Below are positions 12,993 through 22,537 of a DNA stretch of 64,000 nucleotides, piece by piece. Position 1 is the first letter of the stretch. The number at the start of each line of letters is the position of its first letter. Under the pieces are notes generated by a model that searched no databases, was not told where the DNA came from, and saw nothing but the letters and a program-made list of their open reading frames with translations. This DNA is from Clostridia bacterium (GTDB lineage Bacteria; Bacillota; Clostridia; Oscillospirales; Oscillospiraceae). The stretch covers positions 12,060 to 76,059 of the forward strand of contig CAWVKD010000056.1 of assembly GCA_963929765.1 (NCBI GenBank), written 5' to 3'. The position numbers and the translations under genes were made by a program.

Positions 12993-13226
12993 AGGGGCCT
13001 CCTTAATTAAAGAGTAAAAGTGGGAGTATAAGAAAAAAGAAAGGATAAAATAGTAAAAGAAGTAGTAGGCAAAGTGGAATGTGGAAACATGGGAAAAAAG
13101 GTTGAAATGCAAGGGTAAATTTATCCACATGAGGATGAAAGCTTTTCCACAGAGAAGGATGTACTGCGGAGGGTAAGAGTGTTTTCCACATGAAGATGTC
13201 CACATGTTAATATAATGTGGAAGGAT
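12993..13226. other. oriC segment (dnaA-dnaN intergenic) with a DnaA-box cluster and an AT-rich unwinding region
   Basis: DnaA boxes by eye: perfect TTATCCACA 13121-13129; TTTTCCACA 13143-13151 and 13182-13190; ATGTCCACA 13196-13204; TGTGGAAAC 13080-13088 and TGTGGAAGG 13216-13224 in the opposite orientation. An AT-rich stretch spans 13003-13068. Confidence 0.8.
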
Positions 13227-14543
13227 TTAGTAGTTGTGGGCGTTGATATTTGCTGTAATATCTTTTACGACTTCTGAAATTTGAGAGTTTGTTTTGAGCA
13301 TTTCTTCTATGCGTGATATGGAATGCATTGCCGTGGTATGGTCTCTGCCATTGAATTCTTTTCCTATGTCAGAGAGAGATAGATTTGTCATTCGTCGAAT
13401 TAAATACATTGCAATTTGTCTGGCAAGGACAGTGGTTCGATTGCGTTGTTGACCACGTAAGTCTTTGTTTTCCAAATTGTAGAATTTACAGACTTCGTCG
13501 ATGATTAGAGAGGCAGATGGAAGAAGATCGGATTGATCTTTGAACATGTCTCTGACAGCGCGAGATACCGTATTAACATTGATGCTATCATCCATAAGAT
13601 CACGAAATGCTAATATTTTATTGACGGTTCCTTCAATTTGACGGACATTAGCCGTTACATTTTCTGCTATGTATTCTAGCACAGCATCAGGCAAGTCCAT
13701 TCCCAGTCGAATGGCTTTTGTTTTTATGATAGCAAGACGAGTTTCATAGTCAGGTGGCTGAACATCTGCCAACAGGCCCCACTCAAACCGAGTTTTTAGA
13801 CGATCTTCTAATCGTGTCATTTCTTTTGGGGGTCGATCCGAAGTGAGGACGATCTGTTTTTTTTCTTCATACAGACAATTGAAGGTGTGAAAAAATTCTT
13901 CTTGTGTTTGCACTTTGCCTGCAATGAACTGAATATCGTCTACCAAGAATAGATTTGCTTGTCGATATTTATCTCGAAATTCTGCATTTTTCCCTTCACG
14001 AATGGACTTGACCAATTCGTTGGTAAAATCGTCTCCTTTTACATAGACAATTTTATAGTCTGGATGATTTTTTTTAACAGTATGTGCGATAGCGTGAAGC
14101 AGGTGGGTTTTCCCGAGGCCTGATTCTCCATAGATAAACAATGGATTATAGGTTTGAGCAGGATGATCTGCCACGGAACGAGCAGCAGCATGGGCAAATT
14201 TATTGGAACTACCTACAATGAAATTTTCAAATGTATATTCATCTTTTACAATCATTGGTTGGGTGGATAGATGTTCTTCATTACGTTGTTGCATTTCTAG
14301 TTCACCCAGAACTTGCACTTCAAAATCTGCAGAAAACAACTCATGTAATGCGTCTTTTAAAAGGGGGATGTATCGTCTTGTAATGATTTCTCGTTTATAT
14401 TCTGAAGGGGTATACAAAAGGAGGGCCGTATCTGTTATATCCACTGGAACGGTATCATCAAACCAGGTGGTAATTGTAGTGGATGTCAACTGCGGCTCCA
14501 AAATTTCCATGATTTTTTTCCATACATCAAAAGATGAATTCAT
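13227..14543 (-). CDS. dnaA: chromosomal replication initiator DnaA
   Basis: 438 aa with AAA+ Walker A GESGLGKTHLLHAI, Walker B LFLVDDIQF, and the domain IV HTH GRDHTTAMHSISRI. Confidence 0.97.
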   Translation of the reverse strand: MNSSFDVWKKIMEILEPQLTSTTITTWFDDTVPVDITDTALLLYTPSEYKREIITRRYIPLLKDALHELFSADFEVQVLGELEMQQRNEEHLSTQPMIVKDEYTFENFIVGSSNKFAHAAARSVADHPAQTYNPLFIYGESGLGKTHLLHAIAHTVKKNHPDYKIVYVKGDDFTNELVKSIREGKNAEFRDKYRQANLFLVDDIQFIAGKVQTQEEFFHTFNCLYEEKKQIVLTSDRPPKEMTRLEDRLKTRFEWGLLADVQPPDYETRLAIIKTKAIRLGMDLPDAVLEYIAENVTANVRQIEGTVNKILAFRDLMDDSINVNTVSRAVRDMFKDQSDLLPSASLIIDEVCKFYNLENKDLRGQQRNRTTVLARQIAMYLIRRMTNLSLSDIGKEFNGRDHTTAMHSISRIEEMLKTNSQISEVVKDITANINAHNY

Positions 14544-14763
14544 AACATCAGACCTCGCCTTTATCCTTTTCCGTGATGATAATTTTACATTTCATTATAT
14601 CAAAATTTTGAATAAGACGCAACGATTTTTCCACATATCCACAGTTAAGACGGTGGAAAACCCAAAGAAAATTACCAGATCTTTCTTGAGTATTCCACCA
14701 TTTGACAAATATTTTTGATTTTTTCAATCTATGATTATTGTGGGTCTTTGCGTTTTTATCTTT
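14544..14763. other. dnaA upstream region with a second DnaA-box cluster
   Basis: TTTTCCACA 14627-14635, ATATCCACA 14635-14643, GGTGGAAAA 14652-14660 (opposite orientation) and TATTCCACC 14691-14699. Confidence 0.7.
14594..14622 (-). promoter_or_regulatory. candidate sigma-A promoter of dnaA
   Basis: On the minus strand: TTGCGT, 17 nt, TATAAT with a TGn extension (tttTGaTATAAT). The DnaA boxes begin 5 nt upstream of the -35. Confidence 0.45.
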
Positions 14764-15558
14764 TTATTGGTACCGACTTAAACAGACAAAGGTACGCCCT
14801 TTGCGAGATTGTCCTCCTATGTGTGAAACGATGCATTTTCCAATGCCTCGAATAGAGAAGATATCACCTTGTTTGATAGATTGTTCTGGTTTATTGCAGA
14901 TTTTATAATTGAGAGATACATTACCTGCAGTGATTTGTAGGGAAGCTTTGGTCCGGCTTATGGAAAATCCAAGAGCGCAAACAGCATCCAAACGTAAGCT
15001 GGAAACAGTGTCTGTTATTTCTTGTGTAAGTTGAATTGGTGGCGTAATATTGGATAGAGAACATGGGAAACACTGAATTTTAGCTCGTCCGACTTGATGC
15101 ATATTTTCCAGAAGAAAGAGTTGTAATTCTCTTTGTATCAATATCGTGCAATTGAAATCAGATATTAAAATATCTCCTACCTTTTCCCTGGAAATTCCCG
15201 TTCCCAAAATGGAACCTAAAAAGTCCCGGTGAGTTAAGGCAATCTCTTTGGGAAGCTTTATTTGAATTGCCCCAATGGGGCAATTTGTGTTGATTGGATC
15301 TATGATGTCTGTCTCATAGTCCGGAAGAAAAAAGAGCATTTTTCGTTCTGCTTCTGGATACCCTCCAAAAAAACAGTAATGATCATAGTCATGATAACCC
15401 TTCAAAAGCGTCTGGGCTAACATTTGTAACCTTGGGCTGAGAAAAGGTGTGTGTGTAGGTATATTACGTTTGCGACAGGCTTCTGCTTTATCTAGTATAT
15501 GGGAGAGCATGATTTGTTCGTCTTTTTCTTTTGTTAGATGAGAAATGGTAGTATTCAT
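14764..15558 (-). CDS. YlmH-family RNA-binding S4-domain protein
   Basis: 264 aa reading FLSP...FFGGYPEAERK...THRDFLGSILGTGISREKVGDI, with a C-terminal S4 domain (LRLDAVCALGFSISRTKASLQITAGNVSLN). The start overlaps the Nudix stop (ATGA). Confidence 0.8.
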   Translation of the reverse strand: MNTTISHLTKEKDEQIMLSHILDKAEACRKRNIPTHTPFLSPRLQMLAQTLLKGYHDYDHYCFFGGYPEAERKMLFFLPDYETDIIDPINTNCPIGAIQIKLPKEIALTHRDFLGSILGTGISREKVGDILISDFNCTILIQRELQLFLLENMHQVGRAKIQCFPCSLSNITPPIQLTQEITDTVSSLRLDAVCALGFSISRTKASLQITAGNVSLNYKICNKPEQSIKQGDIFSIRGIGKCIVSHIGGQSRKGRTFVCLSRYQ

Positions 15559-16175
15559 TGTTCAAACCCCATGGTCTGTAAAAGAGATCGGGTAATACGT
15601 CCTGTGATACCCCAAATAACATGTTCTTTATATTCATAAATAGGAACTTCTGCCCGACCAGGTGCAAACGAGTATCCCTCTGTGAATCGAATTTTTTCAT
15701 AGGGAAAATCATCTTTGACATCAGGGATCATTTGATATTCATATACAAAGGGAGGGTGATCAATGAGATACTCAAGAGGTACGAGAAATACCTCTTTTAC
15801 TTCTGATTTGTTACATACAATAGACTGATAAGAGTCTTGGGAGATAATGCCTAAAAAAGGATACATGACAAAAACACCTTGATGGTGCATATAATCCAGT
15901 GGTCCCAATAGCTGTATCTCTTTGGGAGAAATACCCAATTCTTCTTTTGTTTCTCGAAGAGCACCTTCTTCTGGTGTTTCCCCTGGTTCCAATTTTCCTC
16001 CTGGAAAACACACTTCTCCAGGCTGACGACGCAGACTTTCTGCTCGAACTTCATAGAGCAGATGAAGTTTTCCGTTTTGTTCAACCAAAGGAGCCAAAAC
16101 AGCATATGCATGACGAATACCGATCACTGAAGGACGTCGGTTTTTCATGAGTTGTTCCAATGTTTGAAGGTTCAT
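15555..16175 (-). CDS. Nudix hydrolase, CoA pyrophosphatase-like
   Basis: Nudix box GGKLEPGETPEEGALRETKEELGI, preceded by a CoAse-type LLYEVRAESLRRQPGEVCFPGG. Start placed at the ATG at 16175, with AGGAGG upstream. Confidence 0.85.
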   Translation of the reverse strand: MNLQTLEQLMKNRRPSVIGIRHAYAVLAPLVEQNGKLHLLYEVRAESLRRQPGEVCFPGGKLEPGETPEEGALRETKEELGISPKEIQLLGPLDYMHHQGVFVMYPFLGIISQDSYQSIVCNKSEVKEVFLVPLEYLIDHPPFVYEYQMIPDVKDDFPYEKIRFTEGYSFAPGRAEVPIYEYKEHVIWGITGRITRSLLQTMGFEQ

Positions 16176-16194
16176 AGATACATTTCCTCCTGAT

Positions 16195-17943
16195 TTATAT
16201 GAGCATCTGTTGTACTTCATATAGTTTGGCATAAATTCCACCGGCACGAATCAGTGTTTCGTGGTTTCCTTGCTCTGCGATTCCATCGTCTTCTATAACG
16301 ATAATTTCTTGGGCGCTACGAATGGTGGAAAGTCGATGGGCAATCATAATCGTAGTGCGGCCTTGGGATAGTTTTTCCAGTGCTGTTTGGATTCTCAATT
16401 CTGTAACACTATCCAAAGCAGATGTAGCTTCATCCAAAATCAAAATAGGCGGGTTTTTCAAAAAAACCCGGGCAATGGCAATTCGTTGTTTTTGTCCTCC
16501 AGATAGCATAATGCCCCGTTCACCTACATATGTTTCATATCCATTTGGCATTTTCATAATGTCATCGTGAATTTCGGCTCGTTTGGCTGCCTCGATTACT
16601 TCTTCCATAGAAGCATCCAGTTTACCATACCGAATGTTTTCTAAAATGGTATCAGCAAAGAGAAATACATCTTGCTGTACAATGCCAATATTTTGGCGAA
16701 GAGACAATTGGGTAACATCCCGTATGTCATAATCATCAACGTATATGGTACCTTCTGTTGCTTCATAAAATCTGGGAATTAATTGACACAGGGTGCTTTT
16801 ACCTCCTCCAGATGGTCCTACCACCGCTAAGGTTTCTCCTGCTGCAATTGTAAGATTTACGTGAGAAAGAACTTGATTGATTCCATCATAAGAAAAAGAC
16901 ACATTTTCAAATCGGATCTTTCCCTTTGCCCTTCCCATGGAAATGGCGTTTTCTTTGTCTGTAATTTGAGGATCTGTACGCATCAGTTCTAGAAATCGTT
17001 GAAATCCAGCGGTACCAGCAGTGAGCTGTTCGATCAAAGCCATAATCTGGCGAATCGGATTTAAAAATGCAGAGATATATAAAGTAAATGTAATCAATTC
17101 TACAGTATCAAATCTACCTTGCATAATCAAAAGCCCGCCAAACATGATGACCACGATATTGATGAAAGATAGGAAAAAATCCTGAGAAGCGTGGAATAAC
17201 CCCATGGCTTTATAAAATTCACCTTTTGCGCCAACATAAAGTTGATTGGAAGCATGGAATTTTTCTTGTTCTTTGTTTTCATTGGCAAAAGCTTTGGCTG
17301 TGCGCATCCCGGAAATAGAGGATTCCATTTCGTTGTTGATCCCTGCCAGCCGTTCTTTTACCCGAAGGGACGAACGGTTCATCCTTTTCCTCATCCGGAC
17401 AATTAGTGTTATGACGATAGGAAAGACCAAAGTGATAACAAGAGCCAACCGCCACTGAATGGCAAACATAACAGCGAGTCCACCTAAGATAGAGGCAGCG
17501 CTGGAGATCAACTGTTCTGGACCATGGTGAGATAGTTCGGAAATCTCGAATAAATCGCCAGTAACTCGGTTCATTAATTGACCAGTGCGGTTTTGATCAA
17601 AAAACCCAAAAGATAGCGTTTGCATGTGACGAAACAGGTCATCCCGGATATCAGCCTCAAATCGAACCCCTAGTACATGCCCCTTACAAGAAACAATATA
17701 CGAAAAGATCGATCTTAGAAATTGAATGAAAATCATGCTGCTCATAATAAGAAAAAAAGCAAGGAACAATCGACTGGGTAAGAGATTTTGCAGGGAGTAC
17801 CGAGTGACCAAAGGAAAAATCAAGTCCAGTAAAGCTGCCATGATAGCACAAAACAAATCAAGAGCCAGAAGTCGCTTGTGGGGAGCATAGTAAGATAAAA
17901 AAATGCGGATGGGTTTGGTGTGTTTCATTTGTTCTCGTGTCAT
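16195..17943 (-). CDS. ABC exporter, fused permease/ATPase (MsbA/LmrA-like)
   Basis: 582 aa with a 6-TM domain, then Walker A GPSGGGKST, signature LSGGQKQR and Walker B ILILDEATSALD. Confidence 0.9.
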   Translation of the reverse strand: MTREQMKHTKPIRIFLSYYAPHKRLLALDLFCAIMAALLDLIFPLVTRYSLQNLLPSRLFLAFFLIMSSMIFIQFLRSIFSYIVSCKGHVLGVRFEADIRDDLFRHMQTLSFGFFDQNRTGQLMNRVTGDLFEISELSHHGPEQLISSAASILGGLAVMFAIQWRLALVITLVFPIVITLIVRMRKRMNRSSLRVKERLAGINNEMESSISGMRTAKAFANENKEQEKFHASNQLYVGAKGEFYKAMGLFHASQDFFLSFINIVVIMFGGLLIMQGRFDTVELITFTLYISAFLNPIRQIMALIEQLTAGTAGFQRFLELMRTDPQITDKENAISMGRAKGKIRFENVSFSYDGINQVLSHVNLTIAAGETLAVVGPSGGGKSTLCQLIPRFYEATEGTIYVDDYDIRDVTQLSLRQNIGIVQQDVFLFADTILENIRYGKLDASMEEVIEAAKRAEIHDDIMKMPNGYETYVGERGIMLSGGQKQRIAIARVFLKNPPILILDEATSALDSVTELRIQTALEKLSQGRTTIMIAHRLSTIRSAQEIIVIEDDGIAEQGNHETLIRAGGIYAKLYEVQQMLI

Positions 17944-17988
17944 AAGATCCTCCTTTCTTTAAATGCAGGTTATACCCATTATGTCATT

Positions 17989-19011
17989 TTACGAAATCCA
18001 TCCACTACCTATGATACGATCTTCCTGATAAAATACAGCCATTTGTCCTGGTGTAGGTGCCCGTGCTGGACTCAAAAGAGAAAGACGTATTACATTGTTT
18101 TCGGGAAAGAGGACTGCGGAAAGCATCTGCTTTGTGTGCCGCAGTTTTACTTGTACATCCAAAGGATGATCAGGAGGGTCGATACCCAGCCAGTTGGGGT
18201 CTTTGCAAAATACTTCTGATGAGGTCAGTCCATCTCCATCCGAAAGGGTGATTTCATTGGTTTTGGGATCGATGCGAGAAACGAATACTCTCCGACCTAA
18301 GGAAATGTTCAATCCTCGCCGTTGCCCCAAAGTATACCGATGGATACCTTTGTGAATACCTAAAATATGACCTTGAGCATCGATGAAATTTCCAGGAGGA
18401 GGCGTGACGCCTTGGCGCTCGATCCAAGCGGCATAATCTCCATCAGGAATGAAGCAAATATCCATACTGTCTGGCTTTTGCGCTATAGAGAAACCAAGAG
18501 TCTTTGCGATAGAACGAACCTGACTTTTTTCATAAGAACCCAATGGAAAAAGAATGCGGGACAGCATGGATTCAGGTAAACGTGCCAAAAGATAGGCTTG
18601 GTCATTTTTTGTTTTACCTTGGCGCAATGCATATCGATGATTGGGTTCTTGGGTGATTCTGGCATAGTGACCTGTTGCAACAAAAGAAGCACCTATTTCA
18701 TCAGCCAAAGAAAAAAGAGCAGGAAATTTGACAAGGGGATTGCATAGAGCACAGGGAATGGGTGTACGTCCTGTTTGGTATGCCTCGATAAAAGGCCTGC
18801 ATACCAAAGCGTTTAGCGGTTCTTCAATAGATCGAACCATAAAGGGGAGATGAAGAGCTTGGGCAATAGCTTCTGCATCCTTCTGTGAGTTTTCTTCTTC
18901 TCCACCAATATCCAAATAAAGACAGTGAACATCATATTCTTTTTGCAGCAGAGCAGCTGCTACTGCAGAATCCACTCCACCGGAAAGTCCTAAAACCACG
19001 CGTTGCTTCAT
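17989..19011 (-). CDS. mnmA: tRNA-specific 2-thiouridylase MnmA
   Basis: 340 aa with the PP-loop GLSGGVDSAVAA, catalytic-Cys regions (PCALCN, DICF), and ATGHYAR. Confidence 0.95.
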   Translation of the reverse strand: MKQRVVLGLSGGVDSAVAAALLQKEYDVHCLYLDIGGEEENSQKDAEAIAQALHLPFMVRSIEEPLNALVCRPFIEAYQTGRTPIPCALCNPLVKFPALFSLADEIGASFVATGHYARITQEPNHRYALRQGKTKNDQAYLLARLPESMLSRILFPLGSYEKSQVRSIAKTLGFSIAQKPDSMDICFIPDGDYAAWIERQGVTPPPGNFIDAQGHILGIHKGIHRYTLGQRRGLNISLGRRVFVSRIDPKTNEITLSDGDGLTSSEVFCKDPNWLGIDPPDHPLDVQVKLRHTKQMLSAVLFPENNVIRLSLLSPARAPTPGQMAVFYQEDRIIGSGWIS

Positions 19012-19658
19012 AGATCATCCTCCACCATAGCAATAGCCCGTACTGGCGCACCGTCTGATTTTTCAAACAGAAGGGGAAGGGCATAAAATAGGCAATGCTG
19101 CCCAATATGATCCAAGCCAGTCAAATTTTCCACAATGACAAGACCTGCTTCCAACAAAATCCGATGATTTGGATATGTTGTTGTTTCAAAGGAATCGATA
19201 GATAGAGTATCAATTCCAACACCTTTGATTCCCATTTCTATCAATTGTTTTAAAACATCTGAATCTGGGACAGGAAAGTGATGAAAATAGGCATCATTTC
19301 CAAAAAAACGATCCCATCCGGTGTGAAATAACACAAAGTCGACTTTTTTTATTTCCTTCAGATAAGGAAAAAGATGAGAAAGAGAAATGACATTTCCTGT
19401 AGGAATATTTGTGCAATCAATCACAACCGCATGACCCCAAAATCGATTCACTGATAAAGAATCAAGAGATGGGGCATTTTTAAAAAAATGAAAAGGTGCA
19501 TCCATGTGTGTCCCTGCATGGGAGGTAAATTGAAGAAAAGTTTCCCGAAAACCATCCTTTTCCCATGTGGCAACAGGGGAAAAGGATGGTTTTTCACATC
19601 CAGGATAGATAGAAATGTGAGGGGTAAGGGTATGTGTCAAATCAATGGCTTTCATCAT
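19008..19658 (-). CDS. cyclase-family metal-dependent hydrolase (PF04199, kynurenine formamidase-like)
   Basis: 216 aa with [13 protein letters not shown] (HxGTHxDxPxH) and a C-terminal [10 protein letters not shown]. Its start overlaps the mnmG stop and its stop overlaps the mnmA start. Confidence 0.85.
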   Translation of the reverse strand: MMKAIDLTHTLTPHISIYPGCEKPSFSPVATWEKDGFRETFLQFTSHAGTHMDAPFHFFKNAPSLDSLSVNRFWGHAVVIDCTNIPTGNVISLSHLFPYLKEIKKVDFVLFHTGWDRFFGNDAYFHHFPVPDSDVLKQLIEMGIKGVGIDTLSIDSFETTTYPNHRILLEAGLVIVENLTGLDHIGQHCLFYALPLLFEKSDGAPVRAIAMVEDDL

Positions 19659-21535
19659 CGTTTTCCTTCTGATTGATGCTCTAAAAAGATCATCAATGCT
19701 GTAATATCCGCAGGAGAGACGCCGGAGATGCGGGATGCCTGTCCTAAATTGAGAGGACGAATTTTCTGTAATTTCTGGCGTGCTTCCAAACGCAATCCTT
19801 GCATATTCAAATAGTCCAAATCATTGGGAAGGAGATGGGACTCCATCCGTTGAAATTCTTCCAATTGTCGGGTCTGTCGTTTGATATACCCTTCGTATTT
19901 TACCGTAATTTCCACCTGTTCGGTTATATCTTGAGGTAAGTCAACCCGTGTTTTGTCAAATGGTTTCAGATCTTGATACGTTACTCTCGGCCTACGCAGC
20001 AAATCGATCAATCGGGCACTGGTTTTTACAGGAGGTTCTCCCCGTGTGTTTAACAGAGAATTCAATGCTGAAGAAGATGAAACTCCTGTTTTTTCTAATC
20101 GGCGAATTTCTTCGTCTACTGCTTTATATTTTTTTAAAACGGCATCATATCGTTCTTTGGGAACAAGGCCAATTTCATAACCGATAGGAACCATTCGGAT
20201 ATCGGCATTGTCCTGACGGTGCAATAACCGATATTCTGTTCGAGCAGTCATCATTCGGTAAGGCTCATTGGTACCTTTTGTGACCAGGTCGTCAATCAGT
20301 GCTCCAATATATCCTTGACTCCGGTCAATGATCATAGGTGGACGACCCAAAAGTTGAAGAGCTGCATTAACGCCTGCTACAAAACCCTGTACTGCAGCTT
20401 CTTCGTAACCGGAAGATCCATTGAACTGGCCCGCGCCATACAGCCTTTTCACTTGTTTATGTTCCAAAGTAGGAAGCAGTTCCAACGGATCGACACAGTC
20501 ATATTCAATAGCATAGGCAGGCCGAGTCATTTCTGCATGTTCCAGTCCCGGAAGGGTATGGAGCATTTGAATTTGGACATCTTCTGGGAGAGAAGAGGAA
20601 AATCCTTGAATATATAATTCCTCTGTTTCCAAACCCATCGGTTCTACAAAGAGCTGATGGCGGGGTTTATCAGAAAACCGAACCACTTTATCTTCAATGG
20701 AAGGACAGTATCGAGGACCGATACCATCAATCAAACCGGAGAAAAGAGGGGAGCGGTCCAAATTGGCTCGAATGACACGATGGGTTTCTTCATTGGTATA
20801 AATCAAATAACAAATGGCCTGATTTTTTAAAGGTGTCTTTGTTTCAAAAGAAAAAGGAATAGGCTGTTCATCTCCTGGTTGAGGTTCCATTTTAGAAAAA
20901 TCCACGGAACGAGCATTCACTCTGGGTGGTGTGCCGGTTTTGAACCGACGCAAAGTGAGACCAAGATTTTTCAAACAAGAAGAAAGACCAACAGAGGCAA
21001 ACATACCATCTGGTCCACCTTCTCGGGTAACTTCTCCTATGATAGTTCGTCCTTTTAAATAGGTGCCGGAACAGACGATAGCTGCCTTTACTTGATATGT
21101 TGCGCCTGTCTGTGTTCGAACACCGGAAACAACACCATTTTCTGTTAAAATTTCCGTTACTTCTGCCTGCTTGACATCCAAATGAGGCTGCAGTTCTAAG
21201 GTGTGCTTCATGATTTTTTGATATTCTCGTCGGTCTGCCTGTGCGCGAAGAGAATGAACAGCAGGACCTTTTCCACGGTTTAGTACGCGGTATTGAATAC
21301 AGGCTCGGTCAGCTGCTTTTCCCATTTCACCCCCCAAAGCGTCCAGTTCTCGTACCAGATGGCCTTTCCCAGTACCGCCGATGGCGGGGTTACATGGCAT
21401 GTTGCCTACAGCGTCTAAATTAATCGTAAAACATACAGTTTTAAGGCCTAGGCGGGCAGAGGCCAAAGCTGCTTCAATACCAGCATGCCCGGCACCAATG
21501 ACTGCTACGTCATACGTTCCTGCATGAAATTCCAT
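19655..21535 (-). CDS. mnmG: tRNA uridine 5-carboxymethylaminomethyl modification enzyme MnmG (GidA)
   Basis: 626 aa with the FAD motif [16 protein letters not shown] and a full-length GidA-like sequence. Confidence 0.97.
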   Translation of the reverse strand: MEFHAGTYDVAVIGAGHAGIEAALASARLGLKTVCFTINLDAVGNMPCNPAIGGTGKGHLVRELDALGGEMGKAADRACIQYRVLNRGKGPAVHSLRAQADRREYQKIMKHTLELQPHLDVKQAEVTEILTENGVVSGVRTQTGATYQVKAAIVCSGTYLKGRTIIGEVTREGGPDGMFASVGLSSCLKNLGLTLRRFKTGTPPRVNARSVDFSKMEPQPGDEQPIPFSFETKTPLKNQAICYLIYTNEETHRVIRANLDRSPLFSGLIDGIGPRYCPSIEDKVVRFSDKPRHQLFVEPMGLETEELYIQGFSSSLPEDVQIQMLHTLPGLEHAEMTRPAYAIEYDCVDPLELLPTLEHKQVKRLYGAGQFNGSSGYEEAAVQGFVAGVNAALQLLGRPPMIIDRSQGYIGALIDDLVTKGTNEPYRMMTARTEYRLLHRQDNADIRMVPIGYEIGLVPKERYDAVLKKYKAVDEEIRRLEKTGVSSSSALNSLLNTRGEPPVKTSARLIDLLRRPRVTYQDLKPFDKTRVDLPQDITEQVEITVKYEGYIKRQTRQLEEFQRMESHLLPNDLDYLNMQGLRLEARQKLQKIRPLNLGQASRISGVSPADITALMIFLEHQSEGKR

Positions 21536-21594
21536 GTGATGAGCATCCTCCCTTTGTATCTAAATTACAGTCAAATAACAATTTGCATGAAACA

Positions 21595-22446
21595 TTATGA
21601 TGGGTTTAACACAATAACCGGTATATGGGGGCGGTTGAACAGGCGAAATGAATTTCCTACATTGCCAAGACCACGAGATACCACCAGCTGGCTATTGTCT
21701 AAGGAATAGAGGCCATTGGTATAGGTTGGAAACCAATTTTGCTCTGTTCCCACCAGACCATCTGTAAAAGGAAGACGAATGATTCCGCCATGACCATGGC
21801 CAGATAGAACAAGGTCAAAACCGCAGGAAGCATATTCTGGGAACCGATTGTTTCGATGTGCTAACAAAATTGAAAATCCATCCTCTTCCTGCTCTATGAG
21901 TTCCTGGTAAAGTTCTTCCGGTGTCTTTTGATCGGCAGGTCCATTGGGATCGTCTACGCCACAGAGGAAGATAGAGGATCCGTTCTGTTCAATAGTAACA
22001 TACGTATTGCGCAGTGGGGAAACGCCATTTTCCTCTAATAGAGAAAATAATTTGTTCATTTCTCGTACAGCCCATTCATGATTCCCTGTTACATAATAAG
22101 TAGGTGCAATTTGAGATAAGCCTCTTGCCAGAGAAGTGAGGCTGGAAAGCTGTTCCTTATCATCAATGATATCCCCAGTATAAACAATGAGATCCGGTTT
22201 GGCTTGTTGCACTGCCTGAATGAGAGTTTCATTGTTTTTTCCAAATTCTTTTCCGTGTCCATCTGAAAGTAAAACAATACGATATCCGGAAAAAGCCTCT
22301 GGGATGCGAGAAGAAGAAACAGAAATTTCTGAAGTATCCAATCGATTATTTTGATCCAGCATAAACCAGGTGAGAGCTAGAGCCACAAAGAAAAGCAGTA
22401 GGACTGTACGAAGAGGATGACGTTTCCTTTTTTTGATAGAACTCAT
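21595..22446 (-). CDS. membrane-anchored metallophosphoesterase (YkuE-like)
   Basis: 283 aa with an N-terminal TM helix. Calcineurin-like motifs are SDGHG, TGDIID, GNHE and SGHGHGG. Confidence 0.85.
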   Translation of the reverse strand: MSSIKKRKRHPLRTVLLLFFVALALTWFMLDQNNRLDTSEISVSSSRIPEAFSGYRIVLLSDGHGKEFGKNNETLIQAVQQAKPDLIVYTGDIIDDKEQLSSLTSLARGLSQIAPTYYVTGNHEWAVREMNKLFSLLEENGVSPLRNTYVTIEQNGSSIFLCGVDDPNGPADQKTPEELYQELIEQEEDGFSILLAHRNNRFPEYASCGFDLVLSGHGHGGIIRLPFTDGLVGTEQNWFPTYTNGLYSLDNSQLVVSRGLGNVGNSFRLFNRPHIPVIVLNPS

Positions 22447-22487
22447 AATATAAATCCTTTCTATGAAATTTTTTTAGTATATCATAA

Positions 22488-22528
22488 AAAAGATAAAAAG
22501 AAAAGAACCCCACGACTTTGTCGTGGGG
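22488..22528 (-). terminator. intrinsic terminator after the NYN-domain gene
   Basis: On the minus strand: CCCCACGAC-aaa-GTCGTGGGG followed by ttcttttctttttat. Confidence 0.6.
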
Positions 22529-22537
22529 GCACTTGTT

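Noticed and set aside
12993-13205. N-terminal 71-codon extension of the dnaN ORF in the track
   Set aside because: The extension runs through the DnaA boxes and AT-rich origin DNA and encodes implausible F/Y/L-rich sequence. A canonical ATG with GGAGG at 12992 gives a normal 371-aa clamp. For the same reason I trimmed the starts of gyrB, Nudix, CDF, nitroreductase, tupC, glf, prmA, cobO, thiolase, asp23, relQ and the SLH gene.
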